A stretch of DNA of 64,000 bases. Origin: an uncultured delta proteobacterium. Lineage in GTDB: Bacteria; Desulfobacterota; Binatia; UBA9968. This document shows positions 1 through 12,222 of this stretch, piece by piece. The notes under the pieces are model-generated. The model was not told the DNA's origin. It saw only the letters and a program-made list of their open reading frames with translations, and did not search any database. The translations under genes were made by a program, and so were the position numbers. The DNA is taken from NCBI GenBank assembly GCA_963847445.1, contig CAWJZV010000008.1:112432-176431 (forward strand), in the 5' to 3' direction. The stretch's first letter is position 1, and every line of letters starts with the position of its first letter.

Positions 1-423
1 GCTGCCGCGGATGACTTCGGGCATGCCGAACTTTGCCGTGTCGGAGCTGATGACGAGATCGTGACCGTTGATCATCGCCAGACCGCCGCCCAGGCACCAG
101 CCGCGCACTTTGGCGACGGTGACTTGCGGAAGTCTACGCATGATGTCGACGATCTCGGCGACGCCGCCGAAGCCGCGGGTGCGGCGCCGGTTGTCCTGGC
201 CGCGCATGTCGTAGAGATCGCGGCCCGAAGAGTAGGAGTCGCCGGCGCCGGCGGTGACGATGCAGCGAATTTTGTCGTTGTTCGCCAGCTCGCGCAGGGT
301 GGTCGCGATCTCGGCGAGCAGGGCGACGCTCAGGGCGTTTTTCTTTTCCGGCCGATTGAAGGTCAGCCAGGCGATGCCGATGTTTTCGTCGATGTTGGCG
401 GTGATTTGTTTCAGGTCGGACAT
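1..423 (-). CDS. Enoyl-CoA hydratase/isomerase family protein (3' end runs off window)
   Basis: Manual translation from ATG at 423: MSDLKQITANIDENIGIAWLTFNRPEKKNAL...SSGRDL...AKVRGWCLGGG...AKFGMPEV, crotonase motifs. Not in the ORF track. Confidence 0.9.
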   Translation of the reverse strand, partial: MSDLKQITANIDENIGIAWLTFNRPEKKNALSVALLAEIATTLRELANNDKIRCIVTAGAGDSYSSGRDLYDMRGQDNRRRTRGFGGVAEIVDIMRRLPQVTVAKVRGWCLGGGLAMINGHDLVISSDTAKFGMPEVIRGS

Positions 424-444
424 TTAACTTCTCCGTGGGTTTAG

Positions 445-571
445 TTTCGTTCAAATCGTTCAATAAGTTCAAGCCGTTCAAATCGTCGGTCGAATGCTAA
501 ACTGCCATTTCGAGATGAAGCCGAGAAATATTTTCGCATAGATCTCTCACTTCGTTCGAGATGACAGCATT
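445..571. repeat. Intergenic GTTCAA-nonamer run followed by a GTCAT...ATGAC-type palindromic element
   Basis: gttcaaatc-gttcaataa-gttcaagcc-gttcaaatc, then tgccatttcgag...tcgagatgacagcatt inverted arms. A related GTTCAA run lies at about 1635-1672. Confidence 0.65.
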
Positions 572-589
572 GGCAATGACGACTTTCTA

Positions 590-1598
590 TTAAGCGAACC
601 GGTAAAAATTTTTGGCGTTGCCGGCGAGGATTTTTTGCTTGGTCTGGTCCGAGATGTCTTTGCGTTTGACCACCTGGCTGACGCTGTGCGGCCACTCCAT
701 GTCCCAGTGGGGATAATCCGACGCGTACATCATGCACTCGTCGCCGAACTGTTCGATGACCAACGGCAGCGCCGACTCTTCGCCTTCGCAGGTGAAGTAG
801 CAGCGGTGGTCTTTGATGTACTCGCTGGGGAGCATTTTGAGCGGCTCCATCTCGGCTTTTCTAATCAAATATTTCTCGTCGAAGCGCTCCATCCAATAGG
901 GCAGAAAGCCGACGCCGGCTTCGAGAAAGCCGACTTTGAGCTTGGGGAAACGGTCGAGCACGCCGTTGGAGATGACTCGAGACCACCGACAGCATCTGTT
1001 CGAACGGGTGCGAAGTCATGTGCACGCCGATGTATTTATGAAAACGGGTGTTGCCGACGGCGACTTGGGCGGTGGCGTGAAAGCCGATGGGCACGCCAAG
1101 GTCCTGCGCCGCGGCGTAGATCGGGTCGAACTGCGGCTGGCCCAAGTCGAGGCCTTGCTGCACGTAGGTCGGCATCATGACGCCGACGGCGCCTTTCTCG
1201 GTGACGGCGCGGCGGACTTCTTTCGCCGCTTCAGCCACGACTTGCGGCGCGATCACGGCGGCGTACTTGACGCGACCGCCGCTTTGTTTGCAGAAATCGG
1301 CAGCCCAGTCGTTGTAGGCTTTGGCCAGTTCCACGGCGAGGTCGAGTTCGCGCACGAGTCCGATGGCCAGCGCGTTACTGGGATAGGCGACCGCGTCGCC
1401 GATCTTTTCGACGTCGAGGTCTTGGCAATACTCGGCCGGGTTGGCCGGCTTTCTGCCGGTGGTGTCATTCAAAAAAATGTCCCAACCGAAGGATGGAAAA
1501 TACGGCCCGCTGCGGATGCGAAACTTTTCCGGCAGGTATTGTTTATAAGCCGCGCCGTCCAAGTGATGGGCGTCGGCGTCGATGATGGTGAACTCCAC
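590..1598 (-). CDS. Amidohydrolase_2 family protein (ACMSD/LigW-like), one frameshift near 975
   Basis: IIDADAHH metal motif, AKAYNDW, PIGFHA in ORF 861-1658; LDRFPKLKVGFLEAG and ASDYPHWD in ORF 590-961; GGAGG RBS before GTG at 1598. Confidence 0.9.
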
Positions 1599-1687
1599 GG
1601 TCAAACCTCCAAGCAAAATGAGAAATGCCTTCGACGTTACGAGTTCGTTCAAGTTCAAACGTTCAAACTCAACCCGAAACGACTAAA

Positions 1688-3383
1688 CTAGTCTTGTAAC
1701 CCGTGGCGCTGGGCGAGCTTGAGAAAAACCGAGCCCACGACCACCGTGCCCATGGCGATGACTAGACTGAAGGCGGCGAGTTCGCCAACATGTCCGTTGT
1801 CCCATAGTTCCCAAATCGTTACCGCGACCACTTGTGAGCCCGGGGAATAAAGCAACAAAGCGATGGAAAGTTCTCTGAACGTGATCAGGAAAATATAGAT
1901 CCAGCCGGCGAGCAAGGCCGGCATGATCAGCGGCACGACCACATGGCGCACCATCTGGAACCAACTGGCGCCGCTGGCCATGGCGCCTTCTTCGAGTTCT
2001 TTGTGCAGGCTCAAAAGCGCGGAGTGGCTGAAGCGAATGCCATAGGGCAGATAGCGCGCGATGAAAGCGAGCACGAGTATCCAGATGGTGCCGTACACGG
2101 GAACCGGCAGCCAGAGGTACATTTTCAAGATCGCGATGCCCATGACGATGCCGGGAAAGACCAGGGGCAACATTGCCATCTGATCGAGCACCCAGCGCGC
2201 TTTGATCGAGGCGCGGACGACCAGCCAGGCGGCAAAGAAGGTGACGATGATGGCGATGGTCGCCGAGGTGACGCTTACGGTCAAACTATTCATCACCGAA
2301 CGGACGATGCTGCTGTCGGAGAAGGCGCTGCGATAGTTATTCAAACTGAGCAGTCGAGACCGCTTTCCACGACGGCGCTTGGGCGAAGGGCAAGAATGAC
2401 GACCATGTGATCGCCATGATCGGGAAAAATTGCAGCGCCGGCAAAACCAGCATGAGCAAGCCGCCCACCCAGCGCCACTTGCCCAGGTCGAAGCGGTGCG
2501 GCCGATAAGCTTTGCCGCTGATGGTGGTGAATTTATAAGTTTTGCTGGTGACGCGGTAGTAAGGAATGAGGCCGAGGCCGACCAGGCCGATGAGAATGAT
2601 GGAATACGCGCTGGCTTCGCCGTATTTAGGAATCAAGCCGCCTTTGATTTGCAAATAAATTTTCGTGGTAAAAACTTCGACGCCGGCGGGAATGCCGATC
2701 AGCGCGGGAATCTCGAAGGCCTCCAGTGAACGGATAAAAGTCAGAATCAACACCGCCAGGACGCTCGGCATGGCGAGCGGGAAGGTGACCTTTCTAAAAA
2801 CCTGCCAACCGGTGCTGCCGGCGGTGGTGGCGGCTTCTTCCAGGGAGGGGTCCATGGACCGAAACGGTGTCGACATCAACAAGAAGACGATGGGTATCCA
2901 AAGAAAGCTCTCGACCAAAATCATCCCTTGCATTGAAAAGATGTTGAGCAGGGGCCCGCCGGTAATCGGTGCGACGAACGAATTGAGGATACCGGCTTTA
3001 GGCCCAAGCAACATGATCCAGCCGACGACTTTGATGATTCCTGGAATGGCGAAGGAGACATAGGCGGTGATGTAGGCCACGGTGCGAAACGGCGCGTTGG
3101 AACGTTCGGCGAGCCAGGCGAGCAGGGTGCCGTAACAGATCGCGATGCCCGCGCTACCGATGGAAAATATCATCGAGTTGGTGAACAAGACTCCGACATC
3201 GCCGAGGGAGTCGACGATGTTGGCGAAATGCTGAATCGTGAAGCTGCCGGCCTGCAACCCTCGGTCGGTGACTAGACTCGTATGCAGGATGAAAAAGAAC
3301 GGCGGCAGCACCAAATAAGCCAGCGTCACGCCAGTGAGCAGAAACATGATCTGGGCTGGATTACGCATCATTAACGCAAACAT
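1688..3383 (-). CDS. ABC transporter permease (FbpB/AfuB-like, two TM modules), frameshift near 2340
   Basis: Two EAA-type loops (DPSLEEAATTAG; LHKELEEGAMASGA) in overlapping hydrophobic ORFs 2337-3383 and 1688-2344. Confidence 0.9.
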
Positions 3384-3511
3384 AAATTCACCCCTTTCAA
3401 ATCGGCAAGTCCGGTCTCCTGGCCACAGCCGCTCAGCAGTCCTTGGGCTGGGAGATATATATTACAATTCGACGGCGTAAGACAATTGGCGTCGGGAAAG
3501 TTAGGCGTAAA

Positions 3512-3592
3512 TAGTTAGGAGTGAGGAGGGAGGCCGGAGTCGGCCTTGAGCGACTGCGAACTGCTTACTTCTGACTACTCACTCCTCACCCT
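3512..3592. repeat. Heptamer-based palindrome (taggagtgaggag...ctactcactcctcac)
   Basis: Imperfect inverted repeat built from short units directly after the VOC stop codon. Confidence 0.5.
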
Positions 3593-3593
3593 C

Positions 3594-4790
3594 TTACGCC
3601 CAGGGGCCGATGTACGGTTCGCCGGTGTAGGTGTCGGATAGCGGTTCGAGGATGTCCGGCCAGTGGTTCGGATCGACTTTGCGGCGCAATTCTTGCGGCC
3701 GCGGTTTGCCGTCCCAGCCCACCTGCTCCATGGAGTAGTAAAGCTCGAGGCAATGGCCGTCGGGATCGAAGGCGTAGGCGGCGTAGTCGATGCCCGGATG
3801 AAGTTCCGGCGGGATGATATCGGTCTCGACGCGCACGCCGTGGCCGCGCAGGAACTGCACCGCGTCTTGCAGCTGCCGGTAATTGGCCAATTGCAGGCCG
3901 AAGGACAGGTTCGACGTGGTTTCGCTCAGGCCGAGCTTTTTGCGCCATGATTTGGGGAAAATTCCCAGCGAATGATGTTCGTTGTTGCAGCGCAGGAAGG
4001 CGCATCGTTCGCCCTGCCAGTCCACTTCTTCGGTCAAGGTAAATCCCAGCACTTCCATGTGCCAGCGTTTGAGTCTCTCATAATCGTCGACGAACAGTTT
4101 CACCGGACCGACGCGAGTGATCTTGAAGGGTTGCGGCAGCAGGACGCCGTCGACGTTGTACTTAAGCGGCATCGCGCTGACGTAACGGGCGCCGTCGAGG
4201 ACGGGGATGCCTTTGTTTATGTCCTCGGTGATGAGCTGGTAGTCCGGCAGCTGCGCTTCGCTGGGCGCGACCGCGGTGCCGTGGCGCATGGCGACTGGAC
4301 GGGCGTAACCGTTCCAGCTGATCTGCTCGATGCCATAATAGAGTTCGAAGATCTGTTCGTCCGGCGCCCAGACGTAGAGGTGAAATTGCGAACCGCCGCC
4401 ACCGGCACGCCCCTCGCGCATGACCTCGACGCCGATGTCATGAAAATATTTTGTCGCGCCGGCCATCTCGGCGACGCTTTGGACCTGCCAGGTGATTTGA
4501 TTGATGTCGTTTTCTTCCCGGAAATGTTTGGCGTTATCGCCGGCGTATTGGCGCTGGTTGAATTTCTTTTTCTCGAACAGGGCGAACGAGTGATGATCGC
4601 CGGCGTGGCGGCCGAAATAACCTGCGCCGGCGGGCTCAGTGATAAAGAAGCCAAGCAAGTCGAAATAGAAACGCCGGCTGGCTTCTAAGTCGGCGGCGTT
4701 GAAACCGAAGTGACCGAGGCGGAGAATCTTAAACGGCCGGTCGAGGGCGACGCCGCCGACGTTGTATTTTGCTCCATTGATTTTCGCCAT
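3594..4790 (-). CDS. VOC-superfamily protein, extradiol dioxygenase-like, internally duplicated
   Basis: RLGHFG, HHSFALF/HHSLGIF and two ELYYxxEQ motifs (FELYYGIEQ; LELYYSMEQ); DPDGH turn. Confidence 0.8.
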   Translation of the reverse strand: MAKINGAKYNVGGVALDRPFKILRLGHFGFNAADLEASRRFYFDLLGFFITEPAGAGYFGRHAGDHHSFALFEKKKFNQRQYAGDNAKHFREENDINQITWQVQSVAEMAGATKYFHDIGVEVMREGRAGGGGSQFHLYVWAPDEQIFELYYGIEQISWNGYARPVAMRHGTAVAPSEAQLPDYQLITEDINKGIPVLDGARYVSAMPLKYNVDGVLLPQPFKITRVGPVKLFVDDYERLKRWHMEVLGFTLTEEVDWQGERCAFLRCNNEHHSLGIFPKSWRKKLGLSETTSNLSFGLQLANYRQLQDAVQFLRGHGVRVETDIIPPELHPGIDYAAYAFDPDGHCLELYYSMEQVGWDGKPRPQELRRKVDPNHWPDILEPLSDTYTGEPYIGPWA

Positions 4791-5008
4791 AGGTCTTTCT
4801 CCTCTATGAGCATTCGGCAGTCAATGAGTGATTACTTTACCGGCGCGCTGACTATCGCTTCGGGAGTATATGCCGACGCACCGGATCGACGACCTCACAC
4901 CGTTGCGGCATCGAGATCGTGGCGCAGCCATAAGCTTTTATAGAAACTTGCCGGCCTGGCGTCAAACCCGACGAGTTGCCCAGGAAGCTTTCGCAGCCGG
5001 CTCCTCAG

Positions 5009-6781
5009 CTACGGCAGGCGCGCGAGATCGAGCAAAACGAGTCCATTGCGATTGAACACCGCCGCTTCTTGCTGCAGCGATGCGTTCATCAGATAGGCCT
5101 TATCTCGCACCGCTGCCAGTCGCGGGCCGATCCGCGAACGCCAGGGCGAGAAATATTCCGGCGGTCGTTTAGGATCGCTAAAGTGGTGCGTTTCGACCAA
5201 CAGGTGGGTGACGCCAAACTGGTCTCGTAGCCGCCGCAGCGGCGCGGCGTCGACACTGAAGTAGGCTTCGAAGACGGCGTCCATGCGCTGGCGCATGGTT
5301 TCGACGAATTCAAGGTGGAGCACTTGGTGCAGTTGCGCGGTTAAGAAGGCGTTGCGCCGAGCGGCATATTCGATGTTCTTGATTTCGCCGTAGGGCCAAC
5401 CGGCGACCAAGCTGTTTTTCGGCAGGGCAGCGATGGCTGCGAATAACGGCTGTGACGCCTTTGCCACCATGAAGCCTTTTTCAATCTCAACGTTGCCGCG
5501 CCCGCCGAAGGCGATGAGATAAACACCGATGATCGCCAGGAATGTGCAGTCGCGCAGTCTGCGGCGCTGTTTGGAATCTGCCGATGCGGCCGACAAGTAA
5601 ATATAGCGACCAAGGAAAGATCAAAGTCACGATAAACGGCAACGAGAACATCAAGTAGCGGGTCGGTATATAAAGATAGGGCGCGGCTAGCCAGGCGACG
5701 ACGTGCAGCAAAACGCAGACAATAAAAAATCCGAGCAAGCGGATTCCGGCGCCACGCTGATCGCTTTGCAAGACCCTGCGTAGACCCGCTGAGACGACGA
5801 CTAAAATAGCCAATGCCGCGGCAGCCAACGCGGCGAGCAGCGTCACGGGGTCCAGGTTCTTGTGCAGGTTGACCCAGGGTGCGATGGCATCGCCGTGGCT
5901 ATACAGAGGACCGAGATAGTACGACAGCGACTCTTGACCGAAAAGCGGATAGGGAAGCTGATCGTAGGGACGATAGTTCCCATCGGCCCCGGCTTCGGGA
6001 TAGTTGACGGTATCGGCGGCAACCAGACGCCGGCCATAGGCGCCATGACCCAGCAATAACGGCACGAGGCAGCTCACGGTGAGAAGCCCAGCCGCTGCCA
6101 AAGTCGCCAGCCGCCGCCGCAGCGACCAGCGGGTAACGCTACTCTGTTTTGCAAAAAGCGGCAGGATGAGCCAACCGCTAAGGCAAATGCCGGCGATGCT
6201 GGCAACGATCGGATAGAGTAACGCGCCGAGTATCGCCATTAGGCCAAGCAGCCGCGGGCGATCGCGCACCAGGGCGTAAAGAGTGATCGCGATCAAGGGA
6301 TAACCGTACATCCGCGGTGCCCCGCCGATGAATCCCAGGCCGATAAAAATCCATGCGCTGATAGTCAACGCCATGACCGCGAAACTGAGCGCGGCCCCGC
6401 CCAACAGCCATCCGATGCGCCCCATGACGGCGACAAAGAGGCCGTAGGCTGCGTACATCAAGACCAATTGAACGTCGCGCACGTCGGCAAACCGGGCGCC
6501 GAGCGCGAGCGAGGCTTTGTATAGCGGCGGGCAGATGGCGTTGAGAAAGTATTCTTTTATGTAGGTCGTCGGTACCGGGTCGTTGGCGTCGAACTTGAAA
6601 AAGGCCGGGATGTACTGCACAGCGTCGAACGGCACGAAGTAAGGATCGCGGGCGATTTTCCAATGGTGCTGGATGCCGGGGCCAAAGAGAAAACCCAGCG
6701 ACAAGAGGACGAGGAGTAATTTGCCGCAGGCAGGTATGTGCAATGGTGTTCCTCGGAAATGTCCAAAGCGAGTTGCGTCAA
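5009..6781 (-). CDS. Polytopic membrane protein, possibly a GT-C-like glycan-modifying protein; frameshifted
   Basis: Many TM segments, YIPTRY motif, soluble tail ending LRDQFGVTHLLVE; split over ORFs 5487-6743 and 5009-5596. Function is inference. Confidence 0.5.
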
Positions 6782-6996
6782 TGATTAGGTCATTCTCCGC
6801 TACCTAATTTTCATGGTCAAGCCGCCGCCAACGACTCACTCTAGCCAGCCGATGGCGAAGTTGCCTAAGATCGCGCAGCAAAATTGCTGGCGCTGTCGGA
6901 TGTCGCGGTTGCACGCGACAACGAACTTTGGGATATGATTGGGGGCTGTAAGCTAGGAGCCGACATCATAACCACGAGAAGGGAAGCTGCGAAATC

Positions 6997-8734
6997 ATGG
7001 CACAAGCAGGGAACAATAATTGGGATCTCGAAGCCGACGTCATCGTCATCGGCTCAGGCGCGGCGGGCTTGCCGGCGGCGATCAAAGCCGTTGACAATGG
7101 CGCATCGGTGATCGTGGTCGAGGCGAATTACGACGTCGGCGGCCACGCGATTCTCAGCGGCGGCCATATGGCCCTGGGCGGCGGCACCAGCGCGCAGAAG
7201 AAATATAATATTCCCGACTCGCCGGACACGGTGTTCTCCGATCTCACCGATTGGTCTATCGTTCAACCCAATGGCACGCCGGACTTTCGCTACAACGACC
7301 GGGCGGTGATGCGCGCCTTCGCCGATCACTGTGCCACGGCGTTCGAGTTTTTACTGGCCAATGGCGTCGAGTTCGCCGATAAGGCGCCGGACAATCAAGG
7401 CGCGTCAACCACCGGCAACTCGGCGCCGCGGGAAAATCATGCGATTTGGAGCAAAGGCGCGGGGCTGGAGAGCCCCAACGCGGCCAACGGCACCAGCGTG
7501 ATCCGGCCACTGGAGGCGAGCGCGCGGGCCAAGGGCGTCAAGTTTTTGCTCAATTACAAAATGACCAGCCTGATTCGCGAGCCGTCGTCAGAGAAAAATC
7601 CCGGCCACGTGATCGGCATCGACGCGCAGTACAACCCGCATATCATGCCGGGCGCGACCGCGCCGCTAAAGAGTTTTCGCTCCGAAGGCAACATCGACAG
7701 CAGCAAACCGACGATGAAATTGCGCGCGCACAAGGCCGTCATCGTCGCCACCGGCGGCAGCACCAGCGACGTAAATTTCCGCCGCATGTTCGATCCGCGC
7801 TTGACGCCGGAGTTTCAGGTTGGCGGCGAGCCGTACAGTTACCAAGACGCCAGCGGTGAACTCGCCGCCATGGCCGTCGGCGCTTCGCTGTGGGGGTTGG
7901 TCCATCAGGCGCTGGAGAACGGCGCGACCATGCGCTCCCAGCGCGCCCTGGCGACCAAATATAACTACACGACCTGGAAACTTGAGAGTCCGATCTTCCC
8001 GTTGGTGAAGTCAACGGGTTTCAACGTCAAAGACTGGCAGGATTTGATTCTCGTCAACCAAGTCGGCCAGCGGTTCTACGACGAGACCAAGGGCGATCCG
8101 CCGCACGGCAACCATGGACATGCAATATCCGGATTGCACGCCGAACGATTATCGCAACGCGGAAAACGTCAAGTACAATCCAACCCGATACAATTTTGTC
8201 AACGCGGCGTTGGCGATGAACGCATACTCCGAGCCGCCGGATTACTGTCCCGGGCCGCAGTGGGCGATCTTCGACGCCGACGCGGTGGAGCGCGAAGGCT
8301 GGAAGGTGGTGCCGCCCTACGTCGATCCCGATGGTTATTTTTTCTCCGGTAACACCCTCGGTGAACTCGCTGCCGCGATCAAGAATGAATATCAAGCCAA
8401 GCCGATGAGGGGGGAAGTTTTGCAAGCGACCGTCGAGCGTTACAACTCTTTCGTCGACGCGGGTGTCGATGCCGACTTCGGCAAGCCCGCGCCCAAGTAC
8501 AAAATCCAAAAGCCGCCGTTCTACGCCGCCTGGGGTACGGTGATCGTCCATGATACCCGCGCCGGTTTGCGCATCAACGCGCGCTGCCAAGTGGTCGACA
8601 TGAGCGGGCAAGTGATTCCCGGACTTTACTGCGCCGGTGAATCGGCCGGCGGTTTCAATCAGCATGGCATGGGCCGCTGCGTCACCCAGGGTTATATTTG
8701 CGGCAGCGACGCGGCGAAGCTGCCGCGACGTTAG
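6997..8734 (+). CDS. FAD-dependent oxidoreductase (fumarate reductase/3-ketosteroid dehydrogenase flavoprotein family), frameshift near 8110
   Basis: DVIVIGSGAAG Rossmann motif, AVIVATGG, C-terminal HDTRAGLRIN...IPGLYCAGE. Confidence 0.9.
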
Positions 8735-8740
8735 AAGATC

Positions 8741-8811
8741 GTTAGGGGTGAGGCGTCAGGGGTTAGGGGTTCCGGACGCCTCACCCTCACCCCTCACCCC
8801 TCACGATTCAC
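8741..8811. repeat. Heptamer tandem palindrome (ggggtga/tcacccc units)
   Basis: gttaggggtgaggcgtcaggggttagggg...gacgcctcaccctcacccctcacccctcacgattcac. Confidence 0.6.
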
Positions 8812-8865
8812 GGTTTCGTCGCGGAGTGAACACCTTCGGTCATGAAGTCGAAAATCGAAAGGAAG

Positions 8866-10887
8866 ATGAAGATGTCACGCAATCAAATTCGCCTGGAGTT
8901 CGAGAGCAAAACCAGTTTCGCCGGCGGCAAGTCGTTCGGCGCCGTCGGGCCCTATGAGCGGCTGCTCGGCATGGTCCATTTCGCCATCGATCCCGATGAA
9001 AAAGATCTGCCGTTTGTTTGCGATCTCGAATTCGCGCCGCGCAATGCTGACGGCTTGGTCGAGTTCAAAGCGGTGATCGATCTGGTCAAGCCGGTGGACA
9101 TGAGCAAAAGCAATGGCAAGTTGCTATTCGATTTTTCCAATCGCGGCGGGCGCGGCGCGTTCACGCGCTTGAACGACGGCGGCGGCGACTATACGAAAGA
9201 AAATTGCGCCGGCAACGGTTTTCTCAATCGCCAAGGTTACGCGGTGGTCACGGTGGGCTGGCAAGGCGATTTGGTTTATAGCGGCAGCAATGTCGTCGCA
9301 TTCGTGCCGGAAGCGCGCCAGAACGGCCAGCCATTGCGCGGCAAAGTGCGCCAGGAATTTATTTCCGACAGAAAGGGAGTCCTTTCGATGCCGGTCAGCG
9401 GCGCGGCCAACATTCAATGCTACCCGGTGCTCAATCGCGCCACCGCGACGCTCACCCTTCGGGAAAAAGAAGCCGACCCTCGGGTGGCGGTTCCGGCGAG
9501 CGAATGGGATTTAGCCAAGGCCAAGGAGGTCGACGGTAAGATCGAGCTCAAACCTTCGAACGTCGATCTTTACATCAAGGGTGGATTCAAGACCGGCTGG
9601 ATTTACGAATTGATCTACGACACCGAAGGCTCGCGCGTCATGGGGCTCGGCTTCCTCGGTCTGCGCGATGTGGTTTCTTTCTTACACCATGGCAGTAAAG
9701 ATGCCGCCGGTGTGGCCAATCCGCTCGCCGGCGCGATCGACAAGGTCTATGGTTACGGCGCATCGCTGGCCGGCCGGGTGGTGCGCGAGTTCGTATACGA
9801 AGGCTGGAATCGCGACGCCGAGGGGCGCAGAGTTTTCGACGCGGTGCAAACCCATACCGGCATCGGCCGTTTGTATTGCAACATGCGCTTCGCCCAGATC
9901 GGCCGCTATCCGCGCCAGCATGAAGAACATTCCTATCCGTCGGAGCGCTACCCATTTAACTTTGCGGCGATTCCCGACCCATTTACCGGCAAAACAGACG
10001 CGGTGCTCAAGCGTCCCGACAGCGATCCGTTGCTGGTTCACTGTCATACCTCAAGCGAGTATTGGGAACGGCATGGCTCGATGACCCACACCGATCCGCG
10101 CGACGGCAGCGACGCTGAGATTCCCGCCAACGTGCGCATGTACATGCTCGCGGGCTCGCCCCACGCGGCGATCGCCGCCGACAATCCCAAATGGGTCGGT
10201 CAACTGCCGCCGAGCAATTTTTCACCGCAGCCGTTCCTGCGCGCCTGTTTCGTTCTCATGGACCGCTGGGCGAGCGCCGGCGTGGCGCCGCCGCCCAACC
10301 GCGTGCCGCGACGTTCAGAGGGACAGTTGGTGTCGCCTAAAGAAGCGCTCAAGCGGTTTCCAAAAATCCCCGGCGTCAATCTGCCCGCCACGCCAAGCCG
10401 CTTGCCGCTATGGAACTACGGTCCCGACTTCGATGAGCGCGGCATCATGAGTATTTTCCCGCCTGAGGCGGTGCCGGGCAAAGAGTATCCGATCCAAGTA
10501 CCGCAGGTGGACGCCGACGGCAACGACTTGGGCGGCGTGCGCTACCCGGACATGCAGGCGCCGATCGCGACGTATATCGGCTGGGCGCTACGCAAAGCCG
10601 GCTTCGCCGAAGGCGAGCTGATGATGACCAACGGTTGTTTGAAGGCCTTTGCGCGCACCAAAGCCGAACGCGAAAAAATCGGCGATCCACGCTTGTCGAT
10701 CGCAGAGCGCTATCCGAGCCATCAGGCCTATGTCGACATCGTCAAACGCGCCGTCGATGAATTGGTCAAGGAAGGTTTCCTGCTGCCGGAAGACGGCGAA
10801 GACTACGTCGCAGCCGCCCAGCGGAAGAACCCGCTGGACCCGGCGGTGACGATCGAGCCGTTGGTGACGGCAGGCAGGGAGGATTAA
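8866..10887 (+). CDS. Alpha/beta hydrolase domain protein (Abhydrolase_10-like)
   Basis: FGAVGPYERL N-terminus, NRGG, GWQGD, GLGFLGLRD, nucleophile elbow GASLAGR, VPQVDADGN, DPRLSIAERY. Confidence 0.8.
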   Translation: MKMSRNQIRLEFESKTSFAGGKSFGAVGPYERLLGMVHFAIDPDEKDLPFVCDLEFAPRNADGLVEFKAVIDLVKPVDMSKSNGKLLFDFSNRGGRGAFTRLNDGGGDYTKENCAGNGFLNRQGYAVVTVGWQGDLVYSGSNVVAFVPEARQNGQPLRGKVRQEFISDRKGVLSMPVSGAANIQCYPVLNRATATLTLREKEADPRVAVPASEWDLAKAKEVDGKIELKPSNVDLYIKGGFKTGWIYELIYDTEGSRVMGLGFLGLRDVVSFLHHGSKDAAGVANPLAGAIDKVYGYGASLAGRVVREFVYEGWNRDAEGRRVFDAVQTHTGIGRLYCNMRFAQIGRYPRQHEEHSYPSERYPFNFAAIPDPFTGKTDAVLKRPDSDPLLVHCHTSSEYWERHGSMTHTDPRDGSDAEIPANVRMYMLAGSPHAAIAADNPKWVGQLPPSNFSPQPFLRACFVLMDRWASAGVAPPPNRVPRRSEGQLVSPKEALKRFPKIPGVNLPATPSRLPLWNYGPDFDERGIMSIFPPEAVPGKEYPIQVPQVDADGNDLGGVRYPDMQAPIATYIGWALRKAGFAEGELMMTNGCLKAFARTKAEREKIGDPRLSIAERYPSHQAYVDIVKRAVDELVKEGFLLPEDGEDYVAAAQRKNPLDPAVTIEPLVTAGRED

Positions 10888-11157
10888 AAGCAATGCGAAG
10901 AATCGTAGAACAATCTCCGTTAAACTCTGCAGAAGCATGACTTTGACCGGAGATCTGGACGAAGCCTTAGCCGAACTGCCCGAGGCGATCAATCGCAATG
11001 TGCTGGAGTTTATCCGGGGGCACTAGGCGACAGGGACGTGAAGTTTGTCATTCTGGCCGCATCGGTTGCATCTTGCTCGGGTTCAAAGCGTGATGAGCGA
11101 TCTCGTGCAGTTCGCTCGCCGGCAGATAACAGCGAGAGAAGAAAGAGGAGGCCATTT

Positions 11158-12222
11158 GTGATTACTCATGGAGCGGGCGTTAAAATAACCGCTTTGGGCG
11201 CGCTCTTAGTGTCCGCAGTGCTCTCAGCCGATCGCGGTTTCGCCCAAGCGTCATTTTATCAGGGGAAAACCATAACCGTCGTCGCCGGTACCGCGCCGGG
11301 AGGAATCGGCGATGGCCGAGTAAAGTCGCTGATTCCGTATCTGCGCAAATACATCCCGGGCAGTCCGGCGATCGTGGTCGAATACATGGACGGCGGCGGT
11401 GGTCGCCAGGTAGGCAACCATATGGCTCGCAACGCCCGGCCGGACGGGCTCACCATCGGCGCATTCAGCAGCAGCGTGATCTCACTGAATATTCTGCGCG
11501 AAAGCGGCGTGATGTACGACATCGATAAATTTTTCTACCTCGGCTCGCCGGAAAGCACCAGCCACCTGGTGTTCTATACCAGAAAGGAAGCGGGTCTGAG
11601 CAATTTGGAGAAACTCCGAGCCACATCAGGAGTCAGAGTCGGTGCTCGGCCGGTTGGGCACAGCGCCTACGTCGCGGCCCGTTTATTTGCCTATTATCTC
11701 GGTTTAAAAGACAGCAAGTTCATCCCGGGCTACGCGGCTCCGGAGCTAGACGTTGCCCTGCTGCGCGGCGAGGTCGATGCCAGAGCGAACACCTCGGCGT
11801 CGGTCTGGCAGCGCAATCCCGATTGGCTAGAAAAAGGTTTGATGGATTTTCACGCCGCGTTGGAGGTTCCCAAGGGAATCAAGCCTCCCCGCTTCGGCCA
11901 TATCCCTGAGATCGAGAGCTTCGCCAAATCTGAAAAAGAGATCAAGCTTCTCACCATGGCGCGAACCTTCAGACTGACGGGCTCGCCCTACGTCATGCCT
12001 CCGGGAACGCCTAAAGATCGCGTGGAGATTGTCCAAGAGGCGATGCGCAAGGCGCTTAAAGATGGCGATTTTCAGCGCGAATACCGTAAGATCGTCGGTG
12101 AGGACGCCGATCCCCTGATGCCCGAGGAATTGGCCAAGGCCATTCGCGACACCCCACGGGACGCTGAATTGATCGAGATGTTCAAAACCCTCTCGGGCCC
12201 CGCGCCGCTGCCGGCGCGCTAA
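11158..12222 (+). CDS. Tripartite tricarboxylate transporter substrate-binding protein (TctC/Bug)
   Basis: Signal peptide, FYQGKTITVV, PGSPAIVVEYMDGGGG, PDGLTIG, MPPGTPKDRV; GAGGAGG RBS before GTG 11158. Confidence 0.9.
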   Translation: MITHGAGVKITALGALLVSAVLSADRGFAQASFYQGKTITVVAGTAPGGIGDGRVKSLIPYLRKYIPGSPAIVVEYMDGGGGRQVGNHMARNARPDGLTIGAFSSSVISLNILRESGVMYDIDKFFYLGSPESTSHLVFYTRKEAGLSNLEKLRATSGVRVGARPVGHSAYVAARLFAYYLGLKDSKFIPGYAAPELDVALLRGEVDARANTSASVWQRNPDWLEKGLMDFHAALEVPKGIKPPRFGHIPEIESFAKSEKEIKLLTMARTFRLTGSPYVMPPGTPKDRVEIVQEAMRKALKDGDFQREYRKIVGEDADPLMPEELAKAIRDTPRDAELIEMFKTLSGPAPLPAR

